Of a stretch of DNA of 64,000 bases, positions 34,800 to 44,370 are shown in pieces (positions within the stretch are counted from its first letter, which is position 1; each line of letters begins with the position of its first letter). The notes under the pieces are model-generated. The model was not told where the DNA came from and ran no database searches. It saw only the letters and a program-made list of their open reading frames with translations. The position numbers were made by a program, and so were the translations under genes. Where the stretch lies: positions 16,148-80,147 of the forward strand of contig CAZSCX010000001.1 of NCBI GenBank assembly GCA_964605545.1. Direction: 5' to 3'. The DNA is from an uncultured Gammaproteobacteria bacterium. Lineage in GTDB: Bacteria; Patescibacteriota; Microgenomatia; UBA12405.

Positions 34800-35148
34800 T
34801 AGAATTTTAATTAAACATAATAGTAATTGGGGTTTGGATGAGGAATTGGTCAAAAAATATACTCTTAAGGCTTTAAAAGAGCGAAATTTAGATGAAATAG
34901 AATTGAGTATTCGATTTGTTGGGAGGAAAGTAGCCAAAGAATTAAATCAAAAATTTCGGAAAATGAATTATATTCCTCAGGTTTTGGGTTTCCCGATGTC
35001 AAAGAAAAAAGAAGTTGATGGGTGGATACATTTAGGAGATATTGTTATTTGCAATGAAAAACTGAAATATGAGGCAAAGTTCCAAAAAAAGAATATAAGC
35101 GAAATATTGGAATTTTGGCTCTTACACGGAGTAGATAACTTGTTATAA
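34792..35148 (+). CDS. ybeY: YbeY-like endoribonuclease homolog lacking the H-x-H-x5-H zinc triad (GTG start assumed; alternative ATG at 34759)
   Basis: ELSIRFVGRKVAKELNQKFRKMNYIPQVLGFPM and HLGDIVIC match YbeY. The C-terminus ends ...FWLLHGVDNLL, leaving only one of the three His residues. Confidence 0.5.
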   Translation: MANRILIKHNSNWGLDEELVKKYTLKALKERNLDEIELSIRFVGRKVAKELNQKFRKMNYIPQVLGFPMSKKKEVDGWIHLGDIVICNEKLKYEAKFQKKNISEILEFWLLHGVDNLL

Positions 35149-35154
35149 TGAGTT

Positions 35155-36582
35155 GTGAGTGTTTATCATCTTAAATATAGACCGCAATTATTTTCTGAAT
35201 TGGACTTGGATTATTTGGCAACGAAGTTAAAAAAAATTTTGGCAGCAAAAGAAACACCTCAGTCGTTTTTGTTATCGGGACCGAAAGGAGCGGGAAAGAC
35301 ATCGGTGGCGAGGATTATCGCAAGAGCGATAAATTGTTTAGATTTGAAAGATGGCGAACCTTGTGGTAAATGTGGTAATTGTACAATGGTATTGAAAAAT
35401 GCCGATTTGGATGTGATAGAAATTGATGCTGCTTCCAATAGAGGAATTGATGATATTAGAAATCTTAAAGAGAGTACTTATTTGATGCCTTCTAAATTGA
35501 AGAAAAAAGTTTTTATCGTTGACGAAGTTCATATGCTGACTAAAGAAGCTTTTAATGCTTTATTAAAAGTGATTGAAGAGCCGCCAGAACATGTTGTTTT
35601 TATCCTTTGCACTACTGATGAGAAAAAAATTCCGGATACTATTTTGTCTCGTTTGGTAAAAATTGAGTTTCGAAAAGGGACGAAGAAAGAATTAATAATG
35701 TCGATGGAGAGGATTATAAAGGGGGAAAAATTGGAAATTGAAAAAGAAGCTTTAGAGGTTTTGGCTTCAAAAAGTGATGGAAGTTTCCGTAATTTGCAAA
35801 AAACTTTAAACGAAGTAGTGATGGAATATGGAAAGAAGGTAAGCAGAGAAAATGTAATTGAATATTTGATTGGTAAATTTGGTGATTACAGTGGTGAAGA
35901 AGTAGAAAGTGATTTAAATAATCGTAATTTAAATGAGATATTAAATAAACTTGAGGTTTTGTCGACTAAAGGAGTTGATTTTGTGAATTTAAGAGAGACT
36001 TGGTTGAACTATTTTCATAAAAAATTGCTGGAAAAACCTGAAGTTGATTTAGTGAAATGGGTTAATTTGTTGATAGGGGCGAGTAAAATCGAAAAGGAAA
36101 TATCAATTGAACAATTACCATTGGAGTTGGCCGTAATCGATTTTTTGAAAGATAAAGAAATAAAGACACCGATAGTGGTAGAAACAAAAGAAACAACGGT
36201 GATAGTTGAAAAAGATGAAATTATTGTTGGTGATGTGTCTATGGAGGCAATTGAAGAGAAATGGGCACTTATTTTGGCAGAAATAAAACCCCTTAATCAT
36301 AGTGTTGAGGCATTTTTAAGAGCGACTAAACCAAAAAAAATGAAAGGAAAAGCTTTGGTATTGGAAGTGTTTTATCCTTTTCATAAAGATAAATTGGAAG
36401 AGTCAAAGAACAGGGAAGTCATGGAAAATTGTTTGTCAAAAATAATGGGTAAACAATTATGTGTCGAATATGTATTGGCTAAAGATAGGCATAAACCATT
36501 GGAAATAAAAAATGATACACCGGTGGAGACGGTGGTAGAAAAAGCAGATATTTATGATATTGCCAAAGATATTTTTGGATGA
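35155..36582 (+). CDS. dnaX: DNA polymerase III subunit gamma/tau
   Basis: Walker A LSGPKGAGKTSVARI, a zinc module CGKCGNCTMV, and IDAASNRGIDDIR, FIVDEVHML and SRL sensor motifs. Confidence 0.85.
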   Translation: MSVYHLKYRPQLFSELDLDYLATKLKKILAAKETPQSFLLSGPKGAGKTSVARIIARAINCLDLKDGEPCGKCGNCTMVLKNADLDVIEIDAASNRGIDDIRNLKESTYLMPSKLKKKVFIVDEVHMLTKEAFNALLKVIEEPPEHVVFILCTTDEKKIPDTILSRLVKIEFRKGTKKELIMSMERIIKGEKLEIEKEALEVLASKSDGSFRNLQKTLNEVVMEYGKKVSRENVIEYLIGKFGDYSGEEVESDLNNRNLNEILNKLEVLSTKGVDFVNLRETWLNYFHKKLLEKPEVDLVKWVNLLIGASKIEKEISIEQLPLELAVIDFLKDKEIKTPIVVETKETTVIVEKDEIIVGDVSMEAIEEKWALILAEIKPLNHSVEAFLRATKPKKMKGKALVLEVFYPFHKDKLEESKNREVMENCLSKIMGKQLCVEYVLAKDRHKPLEIKNDTPVETVVEKADIYDIAKDIFG

Positions 36583-36602
36583 AAATGTTAAAATAGGAGT
36601 AT

Positions 36603-36851
36603 ATGTTTGACAAAGCAAAATTATTAGCAAAGGCATTTAAAATTAAAAGAATGATTGAGTCGGAAACGACTGAGTTGGAGGAGGGTGGAATAAAAATTGT
36701 GGTGAGTGGTGATCAGAGAGTAAAACAGCTATCGATAAATGGGGTGGAAAATAGGATGTTGATGGAAGTAATCAATAAGGCAATGAAAAAATCACAAGAA
36801 AATGCGGCCAGAAAAATGAAAGAATCGGGTGGACTTGAAGGTCTATTTTAA
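36603..36851 (+). CDS. ybaB: nucleoid-associated protein YbaB/EbfC
   Basis: 82 aa, sitting in the conserved dnaX-ybaB-recR arrangement. Confidence 0.8.
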   Translation: MFDKAKLLAKAFKIKRMIESETTELEEGGIKIVVSGDQRVKQLSINGVENRMLMEVINKAMKKSQENAARKMKESGGLEGLF

Positions 36852-36854
36852 TTT

Positions 36855-37457
36855 ATGGGATCATATCCAAAACAGATAAAAAATTTAATTGAGGATTTTG
36901 AGAGATTACCTGGGATTGGTCCAAAAAGTGCGACAAGATTGGTATTTTATTTATTAAATGTACCAAAAGAGGCGATAGCAAAGTTTGCAAAAAATTTGAT
37001 TGACATTAAAGATGTCAAAATTTGCAATGAATGTTTTGGAGTATCCGAAAAAGAGATTTGTGATATTTGTAATGATAAAAATCGAAATAAAAAAATAATT
37101 TGTGTGGTGGAGAGATCGATTGATTTGTTAGCGATAGAAAATATTGGTGAATTTAAGGGTGTTTATCATGTTTTGGGGGGAGTGATCAATCCTTTAAATC
37201 ACGTTGGACCGGAAGATTTGAAAATTCAGGAATTAATTGATCGGTTAAGAGTTGGAATAGAAGAGGTGATTATTGCAACTAACCCAACAATGGAAGGAGA
37301 AGCGACGGCCTTATTTATTAAAAAGAAAATTGATAATTTTAATAAAGAAATAAAAATTAGCCGGATTGGTTCTGGTTTGCCAATTGGAGCAGATTTGGAG
37401 TATGCTGATTTAGCGACATTGTCTCGGGCAATGTCAGGGAGAAAACAATATGAATGA
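36855..37457 (+). CDS. recR: recombination protein RecR
   Basis: HhH segment LPGIGPKSATRL, a C4 zinc finger CNECFGVSEKEICDIC, and a Toprim segment. Confidence 0.9.
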   Translation: MGSYPKQIKNLIEDFERLPGIGPKSATRLVFYLLNVPKEAIAKFAKNLIDIKDVKICNECFGVSEKEICDICNDKNRNKKIICVVERSIDLLAIENIGEFKGVYHVLGGVINPLNHVGPEDLKIQELIDRLRVGIEEVIIATNPTMEGEATALFIKKKIDNFNKEIKISRIGSGLPIGADLEYADLATLSRAMSGRKQYE

Positions 37458-37920
37458 TGATAATATAATGAAAAATGCTATAAAACAGGTAAAAGATTTA
37501 GGAATAGAGACAGGGAGGGAAATGGTAAAAGCAACAGTTGGGATTACAAAGGGAATTAGTGTGGGTGAATTGTTAGGAGATATTCAGCCGATGAGCGACG
37601 AAGAGTTACAAAGGAAGAAAATGGAAGATGAAAAGAAGAAAAGAGAAGAGGAACAGAAATTAAAATCAAGAATTAAGGGAAATGATTTGGAAAGTGAGAT
37701 GAAGAGATTAAGAGATCAAACAGAGAGAGAAGAGCAGGAGAAAGAAAGAATGGAAATGGAGGAGAAAAAAAGATTAGAAGAGAGAAAAAGGCAAGAAGAC
37801 GAGGAAATAGCGGCGATGGAAACAAGTAATCCACGAAAAGCGAAAAAGAAAAGAGGGAGTGCTTTTTTGCCGAATGATAAAAAATCACAAACTGCAGAGT
37901 ACAGTAAAAAGCCTGATTAG
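37450..37920 (+). CDS. hypothetical highly charged (E/K/R-rich) coiled-coil protein
   Basis: Low-complexity EEKKRLEERKRQEDEE-type composition. Confidence 0.35.
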   Translation: MNDDNIMKNAIKQVKDLGIETGREMVKATVGITKGISVGELLGDIQPMSDEELQRKKMEDEKKKREEEQKLKSRIKGNDLESEMKRLRDQTEREEQEKERMEMEEKKRLEERKRQEDEEIAAMETSNPRKAKKKRGSAFLPNDKKSQTAEYSKKPD

Positions 37921-37937
37921 TGGTGATAAAATATACT

Positions 37938-39296
37938 ATGTTAATTTATAATACTGCAACAAGAAAAAAAGAGGAATTGAAAACAATAAAACCGGGTGAA
38001 GTGGGGATATATGCTTGTGGTCCGACAGTCTATTCACATCAACATATTGGAAACATGTACGCTTATATTTCTTGGGATATTTTGGTAAGGTCTCTGAAAT
38101 ATTTGGGTTTTAAGGTGAAATATGTGATGAATGTGACTGATGTCGGTCATTTGACCAGTGATAGTGATGAAGGTGAAGATAAAATGGAAAAAGGATCCAA
38201 GCGGGAAGGTTTGTCTGTTTGGGATATTGCCAAAAAATATGAAAAACAGTTTTTTGATGATGAAAAATCGTTAAATATTGAAAGACCAGATGTTGTTTGT
38301 AGGGCAACAGAATATATTAAAGAACAAATTGAATTAATCAAAAAGATTGAACAAAATGGTTTTACTTATAAAATAAGTGATGGAATTTATTTTGACACAA
38401 GTAAATTTGAGGCTTACGCAGATTTTGCCAAATTAAATTTGGAACAACAAAAAGAAGGAGCCAGAGTAGAGGTTAATCTAGAAAAGAAGAATATAACTGA
38501 TTTTGCTTTGTGGAAATTTTCTCCTTCGGCAGACACAGGGCAAGTTCGGCAGATGGAGTGGGAGAGTCCCTGGGGAGTTGGTTTCCCTGGTTGGCATATC
38601 GAATGTACTGCCATGTCGACTGAACATTTAGGAATACCTTTTGATATTCATACTGGGGGAATTGACCATATTTCTATTCATCATACAAATGAGATTGCTC
38701 AATCTTTTGGTGCTTTTGGGAAGAGTTCGGTAAATTATTGGATGCACAATGGTTTCTTAACTTTTAAAGGAGAAAAAATAAGTAAATCAACTGGAGGTTT
38801 GTTGACTATAGGAGATTTGGTAGCAATGGGTTTTGAACCGCTTGCATATCGATATATGGTAATTTCTTCTCAATATCGAAGTGGTTTAGATTTTTCTTTG
38901 GATAATTTAAAAACAGCTCAAATTTCTTTAAGGAAATTGAAAGAATCAGTTAAAGAAGTAAAAGGGGAAGTAAATAAAGAATATATTGATCAGTTTAAAA
39001 AATTATTGGAAAATGATCTTTCGATGCCGGAAGTAATGGCTTTGGTTTGGAAAATTGTCAGAGATGAACCGGCGACAGTTTTGGAGATGGACAAGATTTT
39101 GGGTTTGAATTTAGGTCACAAGGAGGAAGAAATTATTCCTAATGAAGTAGAAAAGCTGGTTTTAGAGAGAAAAAAGGCACGGGGAGAGAAAAATTGGATG
39201 GAATCTGATAGATTAAGAGAGGAGATTAGAAAATTGGGTTATGAAATAGAAGACCTACAAAATGATTGTAAAATAAGGAAGCTTATGGTAATCTAG
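37938..39296 (+). CDS. cysS: cysteine--tRNA ligase
   Basis: IYACGPTVYSHQHIGN (HIGH motif) and KISKSTGG (KMSKS). The start is placed at MLIYNTATRKKEE; the track ORF starts at 37920. Confidence 0.9.
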   Translation: MLIYNTATRKKEELKTIKPGEVGIYACGPTVYSHQHIGNMYAYISWDILVRSLKYLGFKVKYVMNVTDVGHLTSDSDEGEDKMEKGSKREGLSVWDIAKKYEKQFFDDEKSLNIERPDVVCRATEYIKEQIELIKKIEQNGFTYKISDGIYFDTSKFEAYADFAKLNLEQQKEGARVEVNLEKKNITDFALWKFSPSADTGQVRQMEWESPWGVGFPGWHIECTAMSTEHLGIPFDIHTGGIDHISIHHTNEIAQSFGAFGKSSVNYWMHNGFLTFKGEKISKSTGGLLTIGDLVAMGFEPLAYRYMVISSQYRSGLDFSLDNLKTAQISLRKLKESVKEVKGEVNKEYIDQFKKLLENDLSMPEVMALVWKIVRDEPATVLEMDKILGLNLGHKEEEIIPNEVEKLVLERKKARGEKNWMESDRLREEIRKLGYEIEDLQNDCKIRKLMVI

Positions 39297-39302
39297 AAAG
39301 CT

Positions 39303-39581
39303 ATGGAAACAAAAAAATTTAAATATCAATTAATCCTGGTGCTTGATCCAGCTTTGGCGGAGAAAGATAGGGAAGCGTTGTTCAAAAAAATTGGAGAAAA
39401 ATTTGAAAAAAATGAACATCTTGGAATTAAAGAGATGCAATACAAGATTAAAAATAACGAAAAAGGTGATTATTGGATTTTTGAAACAGAAGCCGATAAA
39501 CCGATTCAAATGAAAGAATTTAATATTTATTTAAATAGAGAAATTAAAATTATACGTTATTTACTGTTAAAAAGGAGATAA
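39303..39581 (+). CDS. rpsF: 30S ribosomal protein S6
   Basis: YQLILVLDPALAEKDREALFKKI and rpsF-ssb-rpsR synteny. Confidence 0.8.
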   Translation: METKKFKYQLILVLDPALAEKDREALFKKIGEKFEKNEHLGIKEMQYKIKNNEKGDYWIFETEADKPIQMKEFNIYLNREIKIIRYLLLKRR

Positions 39582-39585
39582 GAAA

Positions 39586-40119
39586 ATGCCTAGTCGCTGT
39601 CTTAATCGGGTAACTTTAATAGGTAATCTAACTCGTGACCCGGAGTTACGCTATACACCAGCCGGTATGGCGGTCGTTAGTTTTGGTTTAGCCACCAATA
39701 GAGTGTGGGTAACCAAACAAGGTGAAAAGAAAGAGGATGCTCAATTTCACCGAATTGTTGCTTGGAACAAGTTGGCTGAACTTTGTTCTCAGTTATTAAG
39801 TAAGGGGCGCCGAGTTTATGTTGATGGCCGAATTCAATATCGTGATTACACCGATGCCGAAAACAATAAAAAACAAATTGCCGAAATTGTCATTGACGAT
39901 ATGATTATTTTGGACAATAAAGGTATGAATAATGGTAATAGTGGTAGTCATGTTGAAGAAGACTTGTCGGTTAGCCAAGATTTAAGTGCTGGTGCAGAAG
40001 CCCCAGTTGAAGATATTGTTATTCCCGATGATTTGGGAGCAATTGAGCCAACTGAAACTGCGGCAGAAACTCCGGTTTCAGCTCCGGAAGAAAGCAAGGC
40101 TGACGAGATGCCTTTTTAA
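39586..40119 (+). CDS. ssb: single-stranded DNA-binding protein
   Basis: OB fold NRVTLIGNLTRDPELRYTPAGMAVVSFGLATNR and an acidic C-terminal tail ...DEMPF. Confidence 0.9.
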   Translation: MPSRCLNRVTLIGNLTRDPELRYTPAGMAVVSFGLATNRVWVTKQGEKKEDAQFHRIVAWNKLAELCSQLLSKGRRVYVDGRIQYRDYTDAENNKKQIAEIVIDDMIILDNKGMNNGNSGSHVEEDLSVSQDLSAGAEAPVEDIVIPDDLGAIEPTETAAETPVSAPEESKADEMPF

Positions 40120-40127
40120 AATAAAAT

Positions 40128-40358
40128 ATGATTAAAAAAACTTTTAAAAAGAAAGTAAAAGAGAGAGCTTGTGGATATTGCAAGACGAAAACCAATCCTG
40201 ATTGGAAGGACTATGAAACATTAGCTTCTTTTCTTACAAATAGAGGAAAGATATCGCCTGGTAGTATGACTGGACTTTGTGCTAGACACCAGAGAAAATT
40301 GGCGTCAGCAATTAAACAAGCAAGACATTTGGCTCTTTTGCCGTTTATTACTCAGTAA
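40128..40358 (+). CDS. rpsR: 30S ribosomal protein S18
   Basis: CGYCKTK...ISPGSMTGLCARHQRKLASAIKQARHLALLPF. Confidence 0.9.
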   Translation: MIKKTFKKKVKERACGYCKTKTNPDWKDYETLASFLTNRGKISPGSMTGLCARHQRKLASAIKQARHLALLPFITQ

Positions 40359-40377
40359 TAGTTTTTGCAAAATAAAG

Positions 40378-40403
40378 ACCCTCCTGTAATGGGAGGGTTT
40401 TTC
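40378..40403 (+). terminator. rho-independent terminator (gaccctcc tgtaat gggaggg ttttt)
   Basis: 7-bp GC stem plus a T-run immediately after rpsR. Confidence 0.7.
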
Positions 40404-40420
40404 GGATATAATTTATATAT

Positions 40421-41161
40421 ATGAAGTCTTCAATTAGGACCAAATGGATTGTTAAATTGGGACCAAAAGCAAAATTAAAATGCAAAGTTGGTGATGTAGT
40501 AGAACAAGGACAGATTATTTTGGTTGAAGGAACAGATGTTGTCAGAAGTTATGATGCTTCGATTGTTTTATCAAAATTAAAGAAGGAAAAGATAGAGACA
40601 ATAAATATGAGTTGGAAAAATAAAGAGATTAAAACAGGAGATATAATTTGTGAAACCGGAGGATTGGCAAATAAAAAAGTTTTTGCTCCAATAGACGGAG
40701 TTTTTTGCGGTATAGATGAATTTTTTAATATGACAATTAAAATTGAAGAGAAAGATAAAAAAATAATTTATGCTCCGATAAAAGCAGTGGTTGTAGAAGC
40801 AGATAAAGAAAGGTTGGTTTTGGAATTTAAGGCAAGCGAAATACTAGGTAAGGGTTTAATTTTGGGTCGAGTTTGGGGGAATGCTGATTTTAAGGAATAT
40901 AAAGAAATTTCGGACTTGGATTATCGTTGTGATGGTAAGGTAATTATGACAACCAATACTGAAATGACTTTTATTACCAAAGCAGAGGTGGTGGGAGTAG
41001 TTGGGATTATAGTTAAAGAGGAAAAAGAAATAGAGGCAGATATTCCAGTATTGATGATAAATGCCGATGATTGGGGTAAATTATTAAAAATGGGGGAAAA
41101 TAAAGATCTTTACAGAGTATTATTAAATGCTAAACTAGACAGATTGTTAATTGCAAAATAA
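40421..41161 (+). CDS. hypothetical protein (246 aa)
   Basis: Intact ORF upstream of ctpA with no diagnostic motif. Confidence 0.35.
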   Translation: MKSSIRTKWIVKLGPKAKLKCKVGDVVEQGQIILVEGTDVVRSYDASIVLSKLKKEKIETINMSWKNKEIKTGDIICETGGLANKKVFAPIDGVFCGIDEFFNMTIKIEEKDKKIIYAPIKAVVVEADKERLVLEFKASEILGKGLILGRVWGNADFKEYKEISDLDYRCDGKVIMTTNTEMTFITKAEVVGVVGIIVKEEKEIEADIPVLMINADDWGKLLKMGENKDLYRVLLNAKLDRLLIAK

Positions 41162-41163
41162 TC

Positions 41164-42354
41164 ATGAATATTAGAAAAACAAGAAATATTGTAGTTGGGA
41201 TTTTGGTATTAATTTTAGTGGCGAAAGTTAGTTTTGATTTGGGTAAAAGACAAAATGGAAATGATTTTGATTTGTCGATGATGTGGCAGGTAAAAGAAAG
41301 ATTGCAAGAAAAGTATTTGGATAAATCAAAGATAAAAGATGAAAGTATGAAGTATGGAGCAATTGAAGGTTTAGTTTCTTCTCTCGACGATCCTTATACA
41401 GTATTTTTGCCACCGAAGGAAAACAAAAGTGCAAATGATGATTTGGCAGGAAAGTTTGGTGGAGTAGGAATTTCTTTGGGATATAAGGATAAAACATTGG
41501 CGGTAATGAGTGCTTTACCAAAAACACCGGCGGAAAAGGCAGGATTGGTAGCGGGTGATTTGATTTTAAAAATTATTGATAAAACAAAGGGAGTAGATAG
41601 AGATACAACCGGAATTACTTTACAGGAAGCAGTGGAATTAATTAGAGGTGATATTGGAACCGAGATAACTTTAAAAATGTTTAGAGAAGGTAAAGACGGT
41701 ACTTTTGATGTAGTCTTAAAAAGAGATAATATTGAAGTGCCAAGTATTGAATTGGAATGGATTGAAAGAAAAGGAAAAAAGATAGCTTGGGTTAAATTAT
41801 ATAAATTTACCGATACTTTATTTAAAGATTGGACTGAAACGGTTGATAAAATAATCAAGGATAAAGATATAAATTATGGTGGAATTGTTTTAGATTTGAG
41901 AAGTAACCCCGGAGGATATTTGGCGGCTTCGGTTTACGTAGCATCTGATTTTATTAAAAGTGGAGTGATTGTTAAACAAGAATCAAGTAAAGATGGAGTA
42001 CAGGAATATAAAGTTGATTCAAGCCGTAATAAATTATTAAAAGATGAATTAGTAATTTTGGTTAATGGTGGTTCAGCATCAGCGGCAGAAATTTTGGCCG
42101 GGGCATTGCGAGAATATGAAAGAGGATTATTAGTTGGAGAGAAAACTTTTGGTAAGGGAACGGTTCAAGAACCTGAAGATTTTAAGGATGGTTCAGGAAT
42201 CCATATTACTATTGCTAAGTGGTTGTTGCCCAGTGGGAAAAATATTCACGGAATGGGAGTGGATCCGGATGTGGAAGTTAAATATGTGCCCAATGAAAAA
42301 GATCCAAAGGCTGACAATCAACTTGAAAAAGCAGTCGAAGTATTATTAAAATAA
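41164..42354 (+). CDS. ctpA: carboxyl-terminal processing protease (S41) with PDZ
   Basis: N-terminal TM helix; PDZ segment (PAEKAGLVAGDLILKI); S41 motifs GIVLDLRSNPGGYL and VNGGSASAAEILAGAL. Confidence 0.85.
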   Translation: MNIRKTRNIVVGILVLILVAKVSFDLGKRQNGNDFDLSMMWQVKERLQEKYLDKSKIKDESMKYGAIEGLVSSLDDPYTVFLPPKENKSANDDLAGKFGGVGISLGYKDKTLAVMSALPKTPAEKAGLVAGDLILKIIDKTKGVDRDTTGITLQEAVELIRGDIGTEITLKMFREGKDGTFDVVLKRDNIEVPSIELEWIERKGKKIAWVKLYKFTDTLFKDWTETVDKIIKDKDINYGGIVLDLRSNPGGYLAASVYVASDFIKSGVIVKQESSKDGVQEYKVDSSRNKLLKDELVILVNGGSASAAEILAGALREYERGLLVGEKTFGKGTVQEPEDFKDGSGIHITIAKWLLPSGKNIHGMGVDPDVEVKYVPNEKDPKADNQLEKAVEVLLK

Positions 42355-42359
42355 GAATT

Positions 42360-43433
42360 ATGAAAAAAATAGGAGTTGTGTTCCTTTTTGGTTTATTGGC
42401 AGGTTTATTGATCATGTCAAAGTTAGGTGATAATTTTAAAAAAAGTGAATTACCGACAAAGAGGGAAGTGGTAGATGAAGAGTCGGTGGTAACTCGAGTA
42501 GTAGAAGAAGCTGCACCAAGTGTAGTGACGGTTTCTATTTTGAAAACCCAAATAATAAATGATTTTTTCAATTTTGTTTCCGAAACACAAAACATCGAAA
42601 AAGATATTGGTACTGGATTTATCATTTCTAATGATGGTTTGATTGTTACAAATAAACATGTAGTTGCTGATACTGAGGCAAAATACAAAGTAGTTGTAGG
42701 TAAAGATGAAGTATTGGAAGTGAAACAAATTTATCGTGACCCTTTAACTGATTTGGCAATTTTGAAGGTGGATAAAAATGATTTAAAGCCAGTTAAAATG
42801 GGAGATTCGGATAAAATTAAAGTTGGTCAAACTGTAATTGCAATTGGAACGGCTTTGGGAGAATTCAGGTCAACTGTTACTCGGGGAGTAATTTCTGGAT
42901 TGGGAAGAGGAATTACGGCAGGATCGCCAATTGAAGGTCTGGAAAAGCTGGATAATGTAATTCAAACCGATGCGGCAATCAATCCGGGAAACTCGGGTGG
43001 ACCACTTTTGAACTCGTCTGGTGAAGTGATAGGGGTAAATGTAGCAGTGTCGCAGGCTGGTCAAAACATTGGATTTGCTCTGCCGATTAATTTGGTGAAA
43101 GAGTCGATTGATAACTTTAGGGCGACGGGGGAATTTGACCGGCCGTATTTGGGGGTGGCTTATCAGATGATTACGAAACAGGCGGCGTTGCTAAACGAAG
43201 TGCCACAGGGTGCTTATGTTCAAAATTTGGTTAAAGATGGACCGGCAGAAAAGGCAGGATTAAAGATTGGCGATATTATGACCGAAATTGATGGACAGAA
43301 ATTAAATGATGAAAAAAACGCAACGGTTGTAAATATAATTAACAAAAAGAAAATAGGGGATGAAGTGAAAATAAGTGTTTATCGGGAATCACAGGAGATT
43401 ACTCTTGTGGTGAAGTTGGAAAAGAAAAACTAA
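42360..43433 (+). CDS. htrA: HtrA/DegP-family trypsin-like serine protease with C-terminal PDZ
   Basis: TNKHVV (His), DLAILKV (Asp), GNSGGPLLN (Ser); PDZ segment [13 protein letters not shown]. Confidence 0.85.
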   Translation: MKKIGVVFLFGLLAGLLIMSKLGDNFKKSELPTKREVVDEESVVTRVVEEAAPSVVTVSILKTQIINDFFNFVSETQNIEKDIGTGFIISNDGLIVTNKHVVADTEAKYKVVVGKDEVLEVKQIYRDPLTDLAILKVDKNDLKPVKMGDSDKIKVGQTVIAIGTALGEFRSTVTRGVISGLGRGITAGSPIEGLEKLDNVIQTDAAINPGNSGGPLLNSSGEVIGVNVAVSQAGQNIGFALPINLVKESIDNFRATGEFDRPYLGVAYQMITKQAALLNEVPQGAYVQNLVKDGPAEKAGLKIGDIMTEIDGQKLNDEKNATVVNIINKKKIGDEVKISVYRESQEITLVVKLEKKN

Positions 43434-44121
43434 GTTCGAGTAAGAGGTCTTCGAGGTTACCGTCGAGGATTTCGGAGAGATTATTAAAGGATTTGTTGAT
43501 ACGGTGGTCTTTGACTTGATTGCGGTCGTAGTTGTAAGTACGGATTTTGTCCGATCTTTTGGCTTGTCCAATGACGGCACGGGCGCCGCTAATTTGGGAC
43601 ATTTTTTTGTCTTCTTCTATTTGCCAAAGTTTACTTTGTAATATTTCTAGAGCGGCTTGTTTATTGGCGGCTTGAAACCGTTCCTTGCGACAAGAAACGA
43701 CAATACCAGTGGGTTTGTGGGTTATACGGACAGCTGTGGATACTTTATTGACATTTTGGCCGCCATTACCGCCGGCCCGACAAGCTTGGAATTCAATATC
43801 GTCTGGGTTTATTTTTATTTCATGACTGGTAATTTTAGGTAAGACTACAACAGCAGCGGTTGATGTATGAATACGCCCTTTTTTTTCGGTAACGGGAATT
43901 CTTTGAACACGATGAGTACCGGTTTCATATTGAAGTTGATTAAAGGCATCATAACCGCTAACTTGCATGACGCCATCGTCCAGTTGGGCTACTTTCCAGC
44001 CGACTTTGTTGGCATAACGGTTATACATTCGTTGCAAATCATCAGCCCAAAGTTGAGCCTCATCCCCACCGGGACCTGGGCGAAATTCCATAATAGCGAT
44101 ATTGGGATCAATAGTAGGCAT
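43399..44121 (-). CDS. prfA: peptide chain release factor 1 lacking N-terminal domain 1
   Basis: P-x-T tripeptide context [18 protein letters not shown] (RF1-type, not RF2's SPF), GGQ motif [28 protein letters not shown], and C-terminal [17 protein letters not shown]. Only 240 aa; alignment with full-length RF1 begins at about its residue 105. Confidence 0.7.
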   Translation of the reverse strand: MPTIDPNIAIMEFRPGPGGDEAQLWADDLQRMYNRYANKVGWKVAQLDDGVMQVSGYDAFNQLQYETGTHRVQRIPVTEKKGRIHTSTAAVVVLPKITSHEIKINPDDIEFQACRAGGNGGQNVNKVSTAVRITHKPTGIVVSCRKERFQAANKQAALEILQSKLWQIEEDKKMSQISGARAVIGQAKRSDKIRTYNYDRNQVKDHRINKSFNNLSEILDGNLEDLLLELSFSFPTSPQE

Positions 44122-44370
44122 CTATTTTGTTTTGGAAGTTTTTCTAGTTTTTGGACCTTTGTAGTTTTTGCCTTTTTCCACTTTTTCTTTGAATTTATCG
44201 ATTCTTCCTCTAATGTCAACAAATTTTTGCTGACCAGTATAGAAAGGATGGCATTTATTGCAGACTTCAACGTCGATTTTTTCTAAAGTTGAACCGGTAG
44301 TAAATTTATTGCCACAGACACAGTTGATTGCGGCTTTATCGAAATATTGTGGATGAATTCCTTGTTTCAT
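44122..44370 (-). CDS. rpmE: 50S ribosomal protein L31
   Basis: MKQGIHPQY...CVCGNKF...[24 protein letters not shown]. Confidence 0.85.
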   Translation of the reverse strand: MKQGIHPQYFDKAAINCVCGNKFTTGSTLEKIDVEVCNKCHPFYTGQQKFVDIRGRIDKFKEKVEKGKNYKGPKTRKTSKTK

